A stretch of 63,320 bases of DNA, from positions 1 to 63,320 of the forward strand of contig CAZNDY010000001.1 in the NCBI GenBank assembly GCA_964572055.1, given 5' to 3'. Position 1 is the stretch's first letter; every line of letters starts with the position of its first letter. Both the position numbers and the translations under genes were made by a program. Positions 21,009 through 32,115 of the stretch are shown piece by piece. Below the pieces are notes generated by a model. The model saw nothing but the letters and a program-made list of their open reading frames with translations, had not been told where the DNA came from and ran no database searches. This stretch comes from an uncultured Gammaproteobacteria bacterium. Its GTDB lineage: Bacteria; Patescibacteriota; Patescibacteriia; Patescibacteriales; UBA12465.

Positions 21009-23336
21009 ATGAGCGATAATTCTAAAAAGTTAATACTTATTATGTTGTTTTTCTTAGGAATAGTTATTATTGTCCCTCTTTTTATTTATCTTCAAAAGGA
21101 TAAAGCGCCTTCTACTGCCCCTAAACAAGAAATTCAAAAAGACAAAGGAGAGATAGAGCAGAGCCCAGAAAATCAACTGCTTGGATTAGAGGAATCAATA
21201 GAATCTTCTAGAGCTTTAGGTCGGTTGCCAATGGGTGAGGAAAAGATTGGGTTTGATTTTAGCCAAGAAGATGAAAGCCTGTATATTGAATATGTTTCTT
21301 TTTTGGATTTTTATAAAGAAATAAAAGATGAAATTGAGCCTACTTTTGAAGATTATTCTTTGCCTTTAAATATTAAAACAGATGTTGTTAATTATTATGA
21401 TTTGTCTCGACGCTTAAACATTGACCCTTATTTAGATGAACTGAATTCAAGTGGTGTTGCTTTGATGTCTAGCAGTTTAATTGCTAAAAATTTTTATGAT
21501 GTTTATGAAGAGCTTTATTCTAAAAGAGTTCCTTTTTTTGTTACTTCTGATTTTTTAATTTATTATCATCAGCAGTCAATGAAAAAAATTTTCAAAGACA
21601 TAGAGCAAAATATATTTTATAAAAATCTTTGGGATATTAATTATATTTTGTTTGAAAAATCTAAAAAAAGATATGAAGATAGTTTGGCCAAAAGTGGTAA
21701 TGTTAATGATCGTGTTTTAGAGGCAGAAAGATTGTCGGCTGCTTATTTTGCCACTTCTTTAGAGTTGTTAAAACCTAAACTAGATCAAGTTGCTCAAAGT
21801 GGTGATTTGAGCAATTCTAATTTATTTGGTTTTTTGGAAAAGGATATTTATTCCTTTGATGTTCCTAGTTATTTGCAAGTTGATGTTTCAAAAGAGGTTG
21901 AATTAATTTTAGCTAAAAACTCTATTTCTAAATCCCCTGTTCTTCTTTATGAAAGAAACTATAAAGAGTTTGAAATACCTAGTGAATATAGCGTTAATGC
22001 CAAGTTAAATAATTTTTATTTAGCAACCAAGTGGCTTTCATCCACTTTTCCTTTGCATTATAAGGGGGGTGACTGCCCGGATTGTTATTTGGATTTTGAT
22101 GATTGGAGAATTAGCATGATTAGCTCCGCTTTTATAGCTAATGATATTTTTAATAGTCATGATTTAAAAAATGATTGGGCTAGAATTTATAAAACTTTGT
22201 CCTTCTTTAAAGGTTTGAGAGGAGATTTAACTTATGTTCATTATCGTGACGCTCTAGCTTTTTGTTTCGGTGAAAATTATGATATTTCTCAGGTTTTCGC
22301 TGATGACAACTCAGAGAGCGTCGATAATTTATATAAATTTCAATCTAAAATTTTAGAATATGATTTTTTAAAAATTGAAGGCTCTTTTGATAAAAACAAA
22401 GCTAAAGACAAGCCAATGCTTGGAGTTAAGATGTTGTCTGATTTTTATTGGCCTAATGATTTTATTTTTAATGAACTATCCTATCCTAAGGTTTCTGATT
22501 ATCAGTCAGAAAAATTAGCAAAAAATAATATTACTGGTTGCAAGGTAGAAAAAAAGATAGTTAGATGTAATGGCTTTTCTCTTGATATCGTAAGCTTAAT
22601 TTTTAACAAGGATTTAAAAAATAATGAATATTATCAAGAAAACTCAAAATACGATAATTATGATCAACAATTAGAGAGCTTAAAAGAACAAATTTCTAAG
22701 TTTCCTCAAATTTGGCACTATAATAATTATTGGCAAGGACTTAAAATTACTAAAAATTATTTAGAAAGCAATAAAGATGATTTGCCAATTTACTGTAAAA
22801 GTTCTGATTGGGAATTAAAAAGTCTCTATACCGCTGTTGGTTCTTGGGTTAATTTACAGTTACCAGTAGAAAATCTTTTAGTTAATCAAAAATATCAGAG
22901 AGGAATTTCCAGTTCTTCTGATTTGGAGTTTATTAAATATAATTACATTGAACCTAATTTAGATTTAATAAATGAACAACTTTCTAGTACTTTAATGGTT
23001 TATGAAATGTTCTCTTTGTTAAAAATAACTGAAGAATTAAGAAGTGTTTTTATGGATCTAGAAGATTTAAAGGTTAAATTAGAGAAAATAAAAGAGATAA
23101 TGATTAAAGAGCTTAAAGGGGAGGAGCTTAGTTTAGAAGATTTAACTTTTATATCTATTTTGGCTAGAGAATATAAAACCGAAAAAGTTGAATCTAGGGT
23201 TTTAGCTCTAGATGGTGAAAATGGTAAAAGAATTTCTTATGATATTTCAGCTCCGAAACTAGTAACAGTCGTTTTTAGAAGAGGTGGCGCCAATTATATG
23301 GCCGTTGGCCCAGTTTTTTCTTATATTGAGAAATAA
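21009..23336 (+). CDS. Large membrane-anchored extracytoplasmic hypothetical protein (possibly DUF3160-like)
   Basis: 775 aa with a single N-terminal TM. PFFVTSDFLIYYHQQS resembles what I recall of DUF3160. No other recognisable domain. Confidence 0.4.
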   Translation: MSDNSKKLILIMLFFLGIVIIVPLFIYLQKDKAPSTAPKQEIQKDKGEIEQSPENQLLGLEESIESSRALGRLPMGEEKIGFDFSQEDESLYIEYVSFLDFYKEIKDEIEPTFEDYSLPLNIKTDVVNYYDLSRRLNIDPYLDELNSSGVALMSSSLIAKNFYDVYEELYSKRVPFFVTSDFLIYYHQQSMKKIFKDIEQNIFYKNLWDINYILFEKSKKRYEDSLAKSGNVNDRVLEAERLSAAYFATSLELLKPKLDQVAQSGDLSNSNLFGFLEKDIYSFDVPSYLQVDVSKEVELILAKNSISKSPVLLYERNYKEFEIPSEYSVNAKLNNFYLATKWLSSTFPLHYKGGDCPDCYLDFDDWRISMISSAFIANDIFNSHDLKNDWARIYKTLSFFKGLRGDLTYVHYRDALAFCFGENYDISQVFADDNSESVDNLYKFQSKILEYDFLKIEGSFDKNKAKDKPMLGVKMLSDFYWPNDFIFNELSYPKVSDYQSEKLAKNNITGCKVEKKIVRCNGFSLDIVSLIFNKDLKNNEYYQENSKYDNYDQQLESLKEQISKFPQIWHYNNYWQGLKITKNYLESNKDDLPIYCKSSDWELKSLYTAVGSWVNLQLPVENLLVNQKYQRGISSSSDLEFIKYNYIEPNLDLINEQLSSTLMVYEMFSLLKITEELRSVFMDLEDLKVKLEKIKEIMIKELKGEELSLEDLTFISILAREYKTEKVESRVLALDGENGKRISYDISAPKLVTVVFRRGGANYMAVGPVFSYIEK

Positions 23337-23390
23337 ATAACTGTTGATAAATTAGGGAAAAAGTGTTAATATCCTAGTGTCGCTTTATAA

Positions 23391-23419
23391 TTGACAGATT
23401 GTTCTACTTGTTATATTAT
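23391..23419 (+). promoter_or_regulatory. Sigma70-type promoter upstream of rpoB
   Basis: TTGACA, a 17-nt spacer, then TATTAT. It lies about 180 nt upstream of the rpoB ATG, implying a long leader. Confidence 0.5.
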
Positions 23420-23599
23420 AAATATCACGGACAATCTATACTTAATTTGTTAATATAAAGTGAAAATTTATATTAATTAAATCCTATTTAGGCTTTTAAA
23501 ACCAAGCTTTTCTGGCGTTGGAATTTTTTTGTTGAAAATCTTTTTTAAAGACTATTTTTTATTTTTTTAAAATATTATTTATTTATATAATCTATCTTT

Positions 23600-26500
23600 A
23601 TGCCTAGTAATTTGACCATCAAAAATAAAGACCGAGTTTTTTTTACTGACTTCAAGGAATCAATGCCGATTCCAGACTTAATTGAGTCTCAAAAAGATTC
23701 TTATAATTGGTTTTTAAAAGAGGGCTTAGCTGAGCTGCTTGATGAAATCTCACCAATCATTGATTTTAATAATCGCGAATTAGAACTTTATTTTGGTGAT
23801 TATTATTTAGATAAGCCAAAGTTTGATGAAATTGAGAGTCGTGATAAAAATATTACCTACGAAGCCCCTCTTAGAGTAAAGGCTATTTTAAAAAATAAAA
23901 AAAATAATAAAGAAATATCTCAAGAAGTTTATTTGGGTGATTTTCCTTTGATGACAAATAGAGGAACTTTTATAATTAATGGGATTGAAAGAGTTGTAGT
24001 TTCTCAATTAATTAGAAGTGCCGGTGTAATGTTTACGGCTGAATATATTAAAGGTAAAAAATATTATGGTGCTAAAATAATTCCAAATAGAGGTGCTTGG
24101 TTGGAGATAGAAACTGATATAAATAAAGTTCTTTGGGTTAGAATTGATAGAAAAAGAAAGGTGGCAGTTACTTCTTTGCTTCGAGCCTTTGGTTATGAAA
24201 CTGATGAAGAATTGTTAAAAATTTTCAAAGACGTTGATCTTGTTAGAAATGAAGATGAGGTTGGTTATATAGAGGCTACAATTAAAAAAGATTTAGCCAA
24301 AAATCAAGTTGAAGGTTTGCAAGAGGTTTACAGAAGAGTAAGGCCAGGAGATTTAGCTGACGATAAAAACGTTAAACAATTAATCGAAAATATGTTTTTT
24401 CGTTTTGATCGTTATGATTTTGGTAGAGTTGGTCGTTATAAACTAAACAGAAGATTTGATGAAAACTTACCTATTAATAAAGAAAATAGAATTTTAAGAA
24501 AGGAAGATTTGTTAAATATTGTTAAAGAAATAATTAGATTAAATATAACCAAGGAACCAGAAGATGATATTGATCACCTTGGAAATAGAAGAGTAAGAGC
24601 GGTTGGTGGCTTGGTTCAAAACAGGCTAAGAGTTGGATTTGCTAGAATGGAAAGAATCATTAAAGATAAGATGAGTATTGCTGATATTGATGCTTTAAAC
24701 CCTAATAAGCTTATAAATGCTAGACCAGTTATTGCTGTAGTCAGAGAGTTTTTTATGTCATCTCAACTATCACAGTTTATGGATCAGACAAACCCTTTGG
24801 CTGAACTAGAACACAAGAGAAGATTGTCGGCCATGGGTCCAGGTGGTTTAACTAGAGAGAGGGCTGGCTTTGATGTTAGAGATGTACACACTACTCATTA
24901 TGGTCGTATTTGTCCTATTGCTACTCCAGAAGGTCCAAATATTGGATTAGTTGGCCATTTGGCTAGTTATGCTAGGCTGAATAATTATGGTTTTTTAGAA
25001 GCTCCATACAGAAAAGTTATTAAAGATAAAAAGGGTCCAGTAGTTAGTAGTGAAATAGTTTATTTAGATTCTTTTGAAGAAGAGAAATATGTTGTAGTTG
25101 ATGCTACCGTTCCTCTTGATAATAATAATAAATTTTTAATTGAAACTTATCCTGGCAGAAGAGAAGGAAAGCCGGAAACTGTTAATGTGGAGGAAGTTGA
25201 TTTTGTTGGTGTTGCTCCTAATCAAATTGTTTCTATTGCTACCTCATTAATTCCTTTCATGGAACATAATGATGGACAAAGATCTTTGATGGGAACAAAC
25301 ATGCAACGCCAAGCTGTTCCTTTGGTTAAAACAGAAGCTCCAGTTGTTGGAACCGGAATTGAAAGTCGAGCTGCTATTGATTCTGGACATGTAATTATTG
25401 CTGAAGAAGATGGTGTTATAGAGAAAGTAGATTCTTTAAGTATTGAAGTTAAGAATAGTAAAGGAAAAATAAAAAAATATAATTTGACCAAGTTTTTAAG
25501 ATCTAATTTTTTAACTTGTATTAATCAAAAACCAATTGTTGATTTGGGCGATAAAGTCAAAAAAGGACAAGTTTTAACCGATGGTCCAGCTATTAGTAAT
25601 GGTGAGTTGGCCTTAGGTAAAAATGTTTTAGTGGCTTTCATGACTTGGGATGGTTACAATTATGAAGATGCGGTTATTATTTCTGAAAGATTAGTTAAAG
25701 AAGATGTTTATTCTTCTATTCAGATTGAAAATTATAAAATTGATGTTCGCGATACTAAACTTGGACCAGAGGTTATTACTAATGATATTCCCAATATCTC
25801 TGAAGAAAAATTAAAGAATTTAGATGAGGATGGAATTATTAGAATTGGAGCAGAGGTTTCTAGTGGAGATATTTTAGTTGGTAAAATTACACCTAAAGGT
25901 GAAACCAAATTAAGCGCTGAAGAAAGATTGCTTCGAGCTATTTTTGGTGACAAAGCTAAGGATGTTAGAGACTCTTCTCTTTATTTAGAGCATGGTGAAC
26001 ATGGTAAAGTTATTGATGTTAAAGTTTTTTCACGTGATGCTGGTGATAGATTAGAGGCTGGAGTCTTGAAATCAGTTCAAGTTTCTATTGCTAATTTAAG
26101 AAAAATTCAAGTTGGAGATAAAATGTCTGGTCGTCATGGAAACAAGGGTGTTATTTCTAAAATTGTTCCAGTTGAAGATATGCCTCATATGGAAGATGGA
26201 ACTCCAATTGATATTATCTTGTCTCCTTTGGGAATTATTTCTCGTATGAATTTTGGTCAATTACTTGAAACTCATATGGGCTTAGCTGCTAAAACATTGG
26301 GTTATAATGTTGCTACCCCAGCCCTTAATGGTATTACCGAAGAACAAATCAAACAAGAATTAAGGAAGGCTGGCTTTGCTGAGGATGGTAAAGTTACTTT
26401 GTATGATGGACGAACAGGAGAGTCTTATGAAAATAGGGTTACTGTTGGTTATAAATATATGTTGAAGCTTAACCATATGGTCGAAGATAAAATTCATCAA

Positions 26501-26914
26501 AGATCTATTGGTCCATACTCTCTAATCACTCAACAACCCTTGGGTGGTAAAGCTCAATTTGGTGGACAAAGATTTGGAGAAATGGAAGTTTGGGCTTTAG
26601 AGGGTTATGGTGCTTCTCATACTTTACAAGAAATGTTGACCATTAAATCTGACGATGTTACTGGCAGAAGTAAAGCCTATGAGTCAATTATTAAGGGAGA
26701 AGAAATTCAAAAATTGAATGTACCAGAGTCATTTAATGTTTTAATTAGAGAATTAAAAGGTTTGGGTTTAAATGTTGATCTTTTGGGGGGACAAAAAATA
26801 GAAGAAGACTTAGAGGAAGAGCCGAAAAATAATAATGATATTGAAAGAATAAATAATGCTGATGAGCAAATTTATAATGAAGGCTCCCTTCCCGAGATTG
26901 AAAATAAAGAATAA
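23600..26914 (+). CDS. rpoB: DNA-directed RNA polymerase subunit beta
   Basis: 1104 aa with canonical beta motifs ([37 protein letters not shown]). Confidence 0.98.
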   Translation: MPSNLTIKNKDRVFFTDFKESMPIPDLIESQKDSYNWFLKEGLAELLDEISPIIDFNNRELELYFGDYYLDKPKFDEIESRDKNITYEAPLRVKAILKNKKNNKEISQEVYLGDFPLMTNRGTFIINGIERVVVSQLIRSAGVMFTAEYIKGKKYYGAKIIPNRGAWLEIETDINKVLWVRIDRKRKVAVTSLLRAFGYETDEELLKIFKDVDLVRNEDEVGYIEATIKKDLAKNQVEGLQEVYRRVRPGDLADDKNVKQLIENMFFRFDRYDFGRVGRYKLNRRFDENLPINKENRILRKEDLLNIVKEIIRLNITKEPEDDIDHLGNRRVRAVGGLVQNRLRVGFARMERIIKDKMSIADIDALNPNKLINARPVIAVVREFFMSSQLSQFMDQTNPLAELEHKRRLSAMGPGGLTRERAGFDVRDVHTTHYGRICPIATPEGPNIGLVGHLASYARLNNYGFLEAPYRKVIKDKKGPVVSSEIVYLDSFEEEKYVVVDATVPLDNNNKFLIETYPGRREGKPETVNVEEVDFVGVAPNQIVSIATSLIPFMEHNDGQRSLMGTNMQRQAVPLVKTEAPVVGTGIESRAAIDSGHVIIAEEDGVIEKVDSLSIEVKNSKGKIKKYNLTKFLRSNFLTCINQKPIVDLGDKVKKGQVLTDGPAISNGELALGKNVLVAFMTWDGYNYEDAVIISERLVKEDVYSSIQIENYKIDVRDTKLGPEVITNDIPNISEEKLKNLDEDGIIRIGAEVSSGDILVGKITPKGETKLSAEERLLRAIFGDKAKDVRDSSLYLEHGEHGKVIDVKVFSRDAGDRLEAGVLKSVQVSIANLRKIQVGDKMSGRHGNKGVISKIVPVEDMPHMEDGTPIDIILSPLGIISRMNFGQLLETHMGLAAKTLGYNVATPALNGITEEQIKQELRKAGFAEDGKVTLYDGRTGESYENRVTVGYKYMLKLNHMVEDKIHQRSIGPYSLITQQPLGGKAQFGGQRFGEMEVWALEGYGASHTLQEMLTIKSDDVTGRSKAYESIIKGEEIQKLNVPESFNVLIRELKGLGLNVDLLGGQKIEEDLEEEPKNNNDIERINNADEQIYNEGSLPEIENKE

Positions 26915-26938
26915 ATATAAATTAAATTATATACATAT

Positions 26939-29900
26939 ATGTTAAACCCCATAAAAACAAGCGATTTTGATGCCATTAGATTAAAATTGGCATCCCCTGC
27001 TGACATTTTAGATTGGTCTAACGGTGAGGTTGTTAGGCCGGAAACAATCAATTATCGAACTCAAAAACCAGAAAAAGATGGTCTGTTTTGTGAGAAAATT
27101 TTTGGCCCAGTTAAAGACTGGGAGTGTTCTTGTGGTAAGTATAAAAAAATTAGGTATAAAGGTGTTGTTTGTGATAAGTGTGGAGTAGAAGTTACTAGAA
27201 GTGTTGTTAGAAGAGAAAGAATGGGTCACATCAAACTTCAAGTTCCTTGTTCTCATATTTGGTTTTTAAAAGGTCTTTCTTCTAAGATTGGTCTTATTTT
27301 AAATTTAAGTATTCAATCTCTGGAAAAAGTTGTTTATTTTGCTAATTTTATAGTTACTGAAGTGGATGAAAAACTTAAAAATGAAACTTTAGACATAATT
27401 AAAAAAGAGTATAAAGGAAAAGTTAAAAGCATTGAATCTGATACTCAAAATAGAGTTAGTCAACTTAAAAATTCTACAGAAAAAGATAAAGATTTGGCAG
27501 TTAAAGTAGAAAATATAGAAAAAGAGAAAGAAGAAAAGTTGGAAAAACTTTCAGACGATTATGAGAAAGTAAAGAAAGAATTAAAAGAATTAAAACCTTT
27601 GTTAATTCTTACAGAGCAAGAATATCAGAATTTGAGTTTAAAATTTGGCCATTTATTTGAAGCTGAGATTGGTGCCGGGGCTGTTCAAACTCTTTTGAGA
27701 AGAATAAACTTAGAAAAAACTATTAAGAATATCGAAGAAAAATTAGTTGATGCGGTTGATGCCAAAAAAGAAAAGATGGTTAAAAGATTAAAGGTTTTGA
27801 AAAACCTTAAAAATAATGGAATGCGTCCAGAATGGATGATTCTAGATGTTATTCCAGTGATTCCTCCAGATTTAAGACCAATGGTGGCCTTAGACGGTGG
27901 TCGTTTTGCTTCGTCAGATTTAAATGATTTATACCGTAGGGTTATTAATAGAAATAATCGTTTGAAACAATTAATAGAACTTAACGCCCCGGAAGTTATT
28001 TGTCGTAATGAAAAAAGAATGTTGCAGGAGGCTGTTGATTCTTTAATTGATAATTCAGCTAGAAACAGTAAGATGGTTACTGCTTCCACTGGACAAAAAA
28101 GACAATTAAAATCTCTGGCCGATGCTTTAAAGGGAAAACAGGGTCGTTTTCGTCAGAATTTATTGGGAAAAAGAGTTGATTATTCTGGTCGAAGTGTTAT
28201 TGTGGTTAATCCAAAATTAAATTTAGATCAGTGTGGTTTGCCTAAAATAATGGCTCTAGAGTTGTTTAAACCTTTTATTATTGCTGAATTAATAAAACGA
28301 GAATTGGTTCATAACGTTCGTAGTGCTTCTAGATATATAGAAATGGGTAATGATGAGGTTTGGGATATTTTAGAAAATATTATTAAAGAGGCTTATGTGA
28401 TGTTAAATAGAGCTCCAACCCTTCATCGCCTTGGAATTCAAGCTTTTAGACCAGTTTTAATTGAAGGTAAGGCTATTCAAATTCATCCTTTAGTTTGTAC
28501 AGCTTTTAATGCTGACTTTGATGGAGATCAAATGGCTGTTCACGTTCCTTTAACTAAGGAGGCGGTAGCTGAAGCTAAAGACATTATGCTTTCAACTCAT
28601 AATTTATTAAAACCAGCTACTGGAGATCCAATTGTTGCGCCTAACCAAGATATTGTTTGGGGAGCTTATTATTTAACCCTAGAGTTTTCAAATGGGGAAA
28701 AAATAGAAGATGGTGATTATAAATATTTTTCTAATGATCAAGAGGCTTTAATGGCCCATGAATATAAATTGATTGATTTACATGAGATAATAAGGGTTAG
28801 ATTAGGAAAAGAAATAATGACCACTACTGTAGGTCGAATAATTTTTAATAAAATTTTGCCAGACAAGATTGCTTATGTAAACGAAGTTTTAGGTAAAAAT
28901 AAAATAAAGAACATTATTAAAGATTGTTTGAGTATTTATGGTGAAGATGAGACTGTTAAATTTATTGATAATTTAAAGAATTTAAGTTTCAAATATATTA
29001 CTAAAAGTGGTTTGTCTTGGAGTTTTGGTGATCTTCCGGAATTACCAGAAAAAGATAGATTAATTGACGAGGCTAATAAGCAAGTAGAACAAATTAGAGA
29101 ACAGTTTGAGGAGGGCCTTTTAACTGATAGCGAAAGATATACTAAGGTTATTGAAGTTTGGACAAGCACTAAAGAAAAGATTGCTGAATTGTGTAAAGAA
29201 GGTTTAAAGAAGTCTTTGCCTGTTTATTCTATGATTGATTCAGGTGCTAGAGGTTCTTGGGCTCAACCGGTTCAGATTATTGGTATGAAAGGTTTGGTGA
29301 CCTCTCCTTCGGGTGCCATTATTGAATTGCCTATCAAAGGAAATTTGAAAAAAGGTTTTTCAGTATTAGAATATTTTATAGCTACTCATGCCACCAGAAA
29401 GGGTCTATCTGACACAGCCTTAAGAACGGCTAACGCTGGTTATTTAACTCGTCGTTTAGTTGATGTAGCTCAAGATGTTATAGTAGTAGATGAAGATTGT
29501 GGCGAAAAAGAAGGCTTGTTAATAAATCGAGCTGAAATAGAAAAAGATAATGATGATTTTTTCCGTAAGATTTCTGGCAGATATTTGGCTAAAGATTTAA
29601 CAGATAAAAAAGGAAAGGTTTTGTTAGAGGCTGGAAGCTTATTAACTGAAGATTTTATAAAAGAAATAAAAAATAAAGATATCGAAGAAGCTTGGGTGCG
29701 CTCTGTATTGACTTGTAAATTACACAAAGGTGTTTGTGCTAAATGTTATGGAGTTGACTTGGCTTATAATAAAGAAGTTAAAATTGGTACAACTGTTGGT
29801 ATTATCGCTGCTCAGTCTATTGGAGAGCCTGGAACACAGTTAACCATGAGAACCTTTCATACCGGTGGTGTGGCTGGTGCTGATGATATTACTCAAGGTT

Positions 29901-30862
29901 TGCCTAGAGTAGAAGAGATTTTTGAAAACAGAACTCCTAAAAAGAAAGCTTTAATGGCCGAAGTTGATGGTAAGGTTAAAATTGAGTTTGGTCAAAGAAC
30001 AATTAAAGATAAAGATGGAAAAGATATTGTAGTTAACAACCCTCAAGAAAAGATTCTAAAGGTAATTTACAAAGGAAAGGCTAGTGAAAAGTATTATTTT
30101 AAAGAATTGATTAATGAAATTAAATTATCTGGTGAAAAAATCACCAAGAAAGATTCAACACCAAATATCAAGGTTAAAGATGGTGACAAAGTTTCTAAAG
30201 GAGCAGAACTTTATTCTATTTCTAATAAAAACGTTAAGGCAAAAGATTCTGGTATAGTTAAAATTAGTGATAAATTTATTAGTATTTCTTCTGAAATAGA
30301 CAAAGTTCAAGAATTTACTATTCCTAAGGGGGTTATGATTTGGGTTAAAGATGGTGATGTTGTTAAACCAGGCGATCGTTTAACTGAGGGCAGCTTTGAT
30401 TTAAAAGAGTTATACAAATTGAGAGGTCAGTTAGAAACTCAAAAATATATTATCAAGGAAATTCAATATGTTTATTCTTCTCAAGGACAACCATTAAATG
30501 ATAAACACATTGAAATTATTGCTAGACAAATGTTTTCTCGTCATATGATTAAAGATGCTGGTGATAGTAATTTATTACCAGGAGAAGTTGTTGAAGAAGA
30601 GGTTCTATCACAATCAAACAAAGATAGTAAATCTAAGGCTAAAGGAGAAAAATTATTGTTAGGTATTACTAAAACATCTTTAACAACTGATAGCTTCTTG
30701 TCGGCTGCCTCTTTCCAAGAAACTCCAAGAGTTCTAATAGAAGCTGCTCTAAGTGGTAAGATAGATTATTTGGAGGGGTTAAAGGAAAACGTTATTATTG
30801 GTTGCTTGATTCCGGCTGGAACAGGATATAAGGGTAAAAAAGCTAGAGAGATATATAAATAA
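26939..30862 (+). CDS. rpoC: DNA-directed RNA polymerase subunit beta'
   Basis: 1307 aa with the Zn-finger CSCGKYKKIRYKGVVCDKCGVEV and the catalytic NADFDGDQMAVH. Confidence 0.98.
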   Translation: MLNPIKTSDFDAIRLKLASPADILDWSNGEVVRPETINYRTQKPEKDGLFCEKIFGPVKDWECSCGKYKKIRYKGVVCDKCGVEVTRSVVRRERMGHIKLQVPCSHIWFLKGLSSKIGLILNLSIQSLEKVVYFANFIVTEVDEKLKNETLDIIKKEYKGKVKSIESDTQNRVSQLKNSTEKDKDLAVKVENIEKEKEEKLEKLSDDYEKVKKELKELKPLLILTEQEYQNLSLKFGHLFEAEIGAGAVQTLLRRINLEKTIKNIEEKLVDAVDAKKEKMVKRLKVLKNLKNNGMRPEWMILDVIPVIPPDLRPMVALDGGRFASSDLNDLYRRVINRNNRLKQLIELNAPEVICRNEKRMLQEAVDSLIDNSARNSKMVTASTGQKRQLKSLADALKGKQGRFRQNLLGKRVDYSGRSVIVVNPKLNLDQCGLPKIMALELFKPFIIAELIKRELVHNVRSASRYIEMGNDEVWDILENIIKEAYVMLNRAPTLHRLGIQAFRPVLIEGKAIQIHPLVCTAFNADFDGDQMAVHVPLTKEAVAEAKDIMLSTHNLLKPATGDPIVAPNQDIVWGAYYLTLEFSNGEKIEDGDYKYFSNDQEALMAHEYKLIDLHEIIRVRLGKEIMTTTVGRIIFNKILPDKIAYVNEVLGKNKIKNIIKDCLSIYGEDETVKFIDNLKNLSFKYITKSGLSWSFGDLPELPEKDRLIDEANKQVEQIREQFEEGLLTDSERYTKVIEVWTSTKEKIAELCKEGLKKSLPVYSMIDSGARGSWAQPVQIIGMKGLVTSPSGAIIELPIKGNLKKGFSVLEYFIATHATRKGLSDTALRTANAGYLTRRLVDVAQDVIVVDEDCGEKEGLLINRAEIEKDNDDFFRKISGRYLAKDLTDKKGKVLLEAGSLLTEDFIKEIKNKDIEEAWVRSVLTCKLHKGVCAKCYGVDLAYNKEVKIGTTVGIIAAQSIGEPGTQLTMRTFHTGGVAGADDITQGLPRVEEIFENRTPKKKALMAEVDGKVKIEFGQRTIKDKDGKDIVVNNPQEKILKVIYKGKASEKYYFKELINEIKLSGEKITKKDSTPNIKVKDGDKVSKGAELYSISNKNVKAKDSGIVKISDKFISISSEIDKVQEFTIPKGVMIWVKDGDVVKPGDRLTEGSFDLKELYKLRGQLETQKYIIKEIQYVYSSQGQPLNDKHIEIIARQMFSRHMIKDAGDSNLLPGEVVEEEVLSQSNKDSKSKAKGEKLLLGITKTSLTTDSFLSAASFQETPRVLIEAALSGKIDYLEGLKENVIIGCLIPAGTGYKGKKAREIYK

Positions 30863-30903
30863 TTGTATATTTAGTAAACTTTTTTCTTAAAAACTTCATA
30901 TTT

Positions 30904-30937
30904 AAAAAAGACGGGAAATAAAGTTCTCGTCTTTTTT
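30904..30937 (+). terminator. Terminator after rpoC
   Basis: AAGACGGGAA-loop-TTCTCGTCTT followed by a T-run. Confidence 0.75.
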
Positions 30938-30961
30938 GTTTATTTTTGTTATAATTTTATC

Positions 30962-31498
30962 ATGAAGATAATATTGGCGTTGGGTAATCCAGGTAAAGAA
31001 TATGAAAAAACTAGGCACAATGTGGCTTGGCTGTTTTTAGATTATTTTTTAGGTCAAGATGTTTCTTGGGGTTTTAATAAAAAATTTAATGCTGATATTT
31101 GTTTTCACAACAACATTTGGTTTATAAAACCAAAAACTTATATGAATAATTCTGGTTTATCCCTAAAATCTTTTATGGATTATTACAAATTATTGCCAAA
31201 AAAATTAGGCTTATTCAGTGTTAAAGATTTAGATCTATCTGAAAAATTAATTGTTATTCATGATGACTTGGATATCAATTTTGGTAAACACAAGGTTTCA
31301 ATAAATTCTTCTAGCGCTGGTCATAATGGAGTCCAGTCAATAATAAATCATTTAAAAACTAAAAATTTTAAGAGAATAAGAATAGGTATAAATAACGAGA
31401 CTAGAAAATATATTCCAGGAGATAAATTTGTTTTACAAAAGTTTTCTGAGAAAGAATTGTTAGAGTTAAATAATATTTTTAAAGAGATAAAAGTATAA
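30962..31498 (+). CDS. pth: Peptidyl-tRNA hydrolase
   Basis: MKIILALGNPGKEYEKTRHNVAW and HDDLD motifs. Confidence 0.9.
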   Translation: MKIILALGNPGKEYEKTRHNVAWLFLDYFLGQDVSWGFNKKFNADICFHNNIWFIKPKTYMNNSGLSLKSFMDYYKLLPKKLGLFSVKDLDLSEKLIVIHDDLDINFGKHKVSINSSSAGHNGVQSIINHLKTKNFKRIRIGINNETRKYIPGDKFVLQKFSEKELLELNNIFKEIKV

Positions 31499-31516
31499 TT
31501 TTATTTATTAATAACT

Positions 31517-32044
31517 ATGAAGCAATTAGAATTTCCCGAATTAAGACAAACATATGAGTGGGATTGTGGAGCCAAATCTCTTTAGGCTGTTTTAAAATAT
31601 TATGGAGTGGAAATTAGCGAAGAGCTTTTAATCAAATATGCAAAAACTAATTCAAAGGAAGGGACATCAATAAAGAAAATACAGGATGTTTTAAAAAAGT
31701 TTGAGCTAAAATTTGAAGCTAAGGAAATGACAATTAATATTTTGAAAGACTATATTGATAGAGAGATTCCAGTTATTATTCTTTTACAGGCCTGGAAAGA
31801 TTCAAAAGAAATTAAATATAAAAATGATTTTAATGATGGCCATTGGGTGGTCGTTATTGGCTATGATTCTAATAAAATTATTTTTGAGGATCCCTATTCT
31901 CTTTAGAGAACTTTTTTAGAAAATAAAGAGCTTGAAATCAGATGGCACGCAAAAGAAAAAAATAATAAATTTTTTAATTATGGTATAGCGGTTTTTGGCA
32001 AAAAGCAAAAATATAATCCTGAGAAGATTGTACATATGGATTAG
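31517..32044 (+). pseudogene. C39-like cysteine peptidase domain gene interrupted by two in-frame TAG codons
   Basis: One frame reads MKQLEFPELRQTYEWDCGAKSL*AVLKYYG...DGHWVVVIGYD...FEDPYSL*RTFLENKELEIRWH...HMD*. Cys, His and Asp motifs are intact. The TAGs are at 31583-31585 and 31907-31909. Confidence 0.6.
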
Positions 32045-32115
32045 ATAATTAATTATTAAAATAAATTTTTAGTATTTTTAAATGCTAATATATAAAAACA
32101 ATTTAATAAAAAAAT

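Noticed and set aside
23505-23545. Possible attenuator hairpin (CCAAGC...GCGTTGG followed by AATTTTTTTG) in the rpoB leader.
   Set aside because: The stem needs a bulge and has only about 6 pairs. In AT-rich DNA such T-runs are frequent. This is not enough to call a regulatory element.
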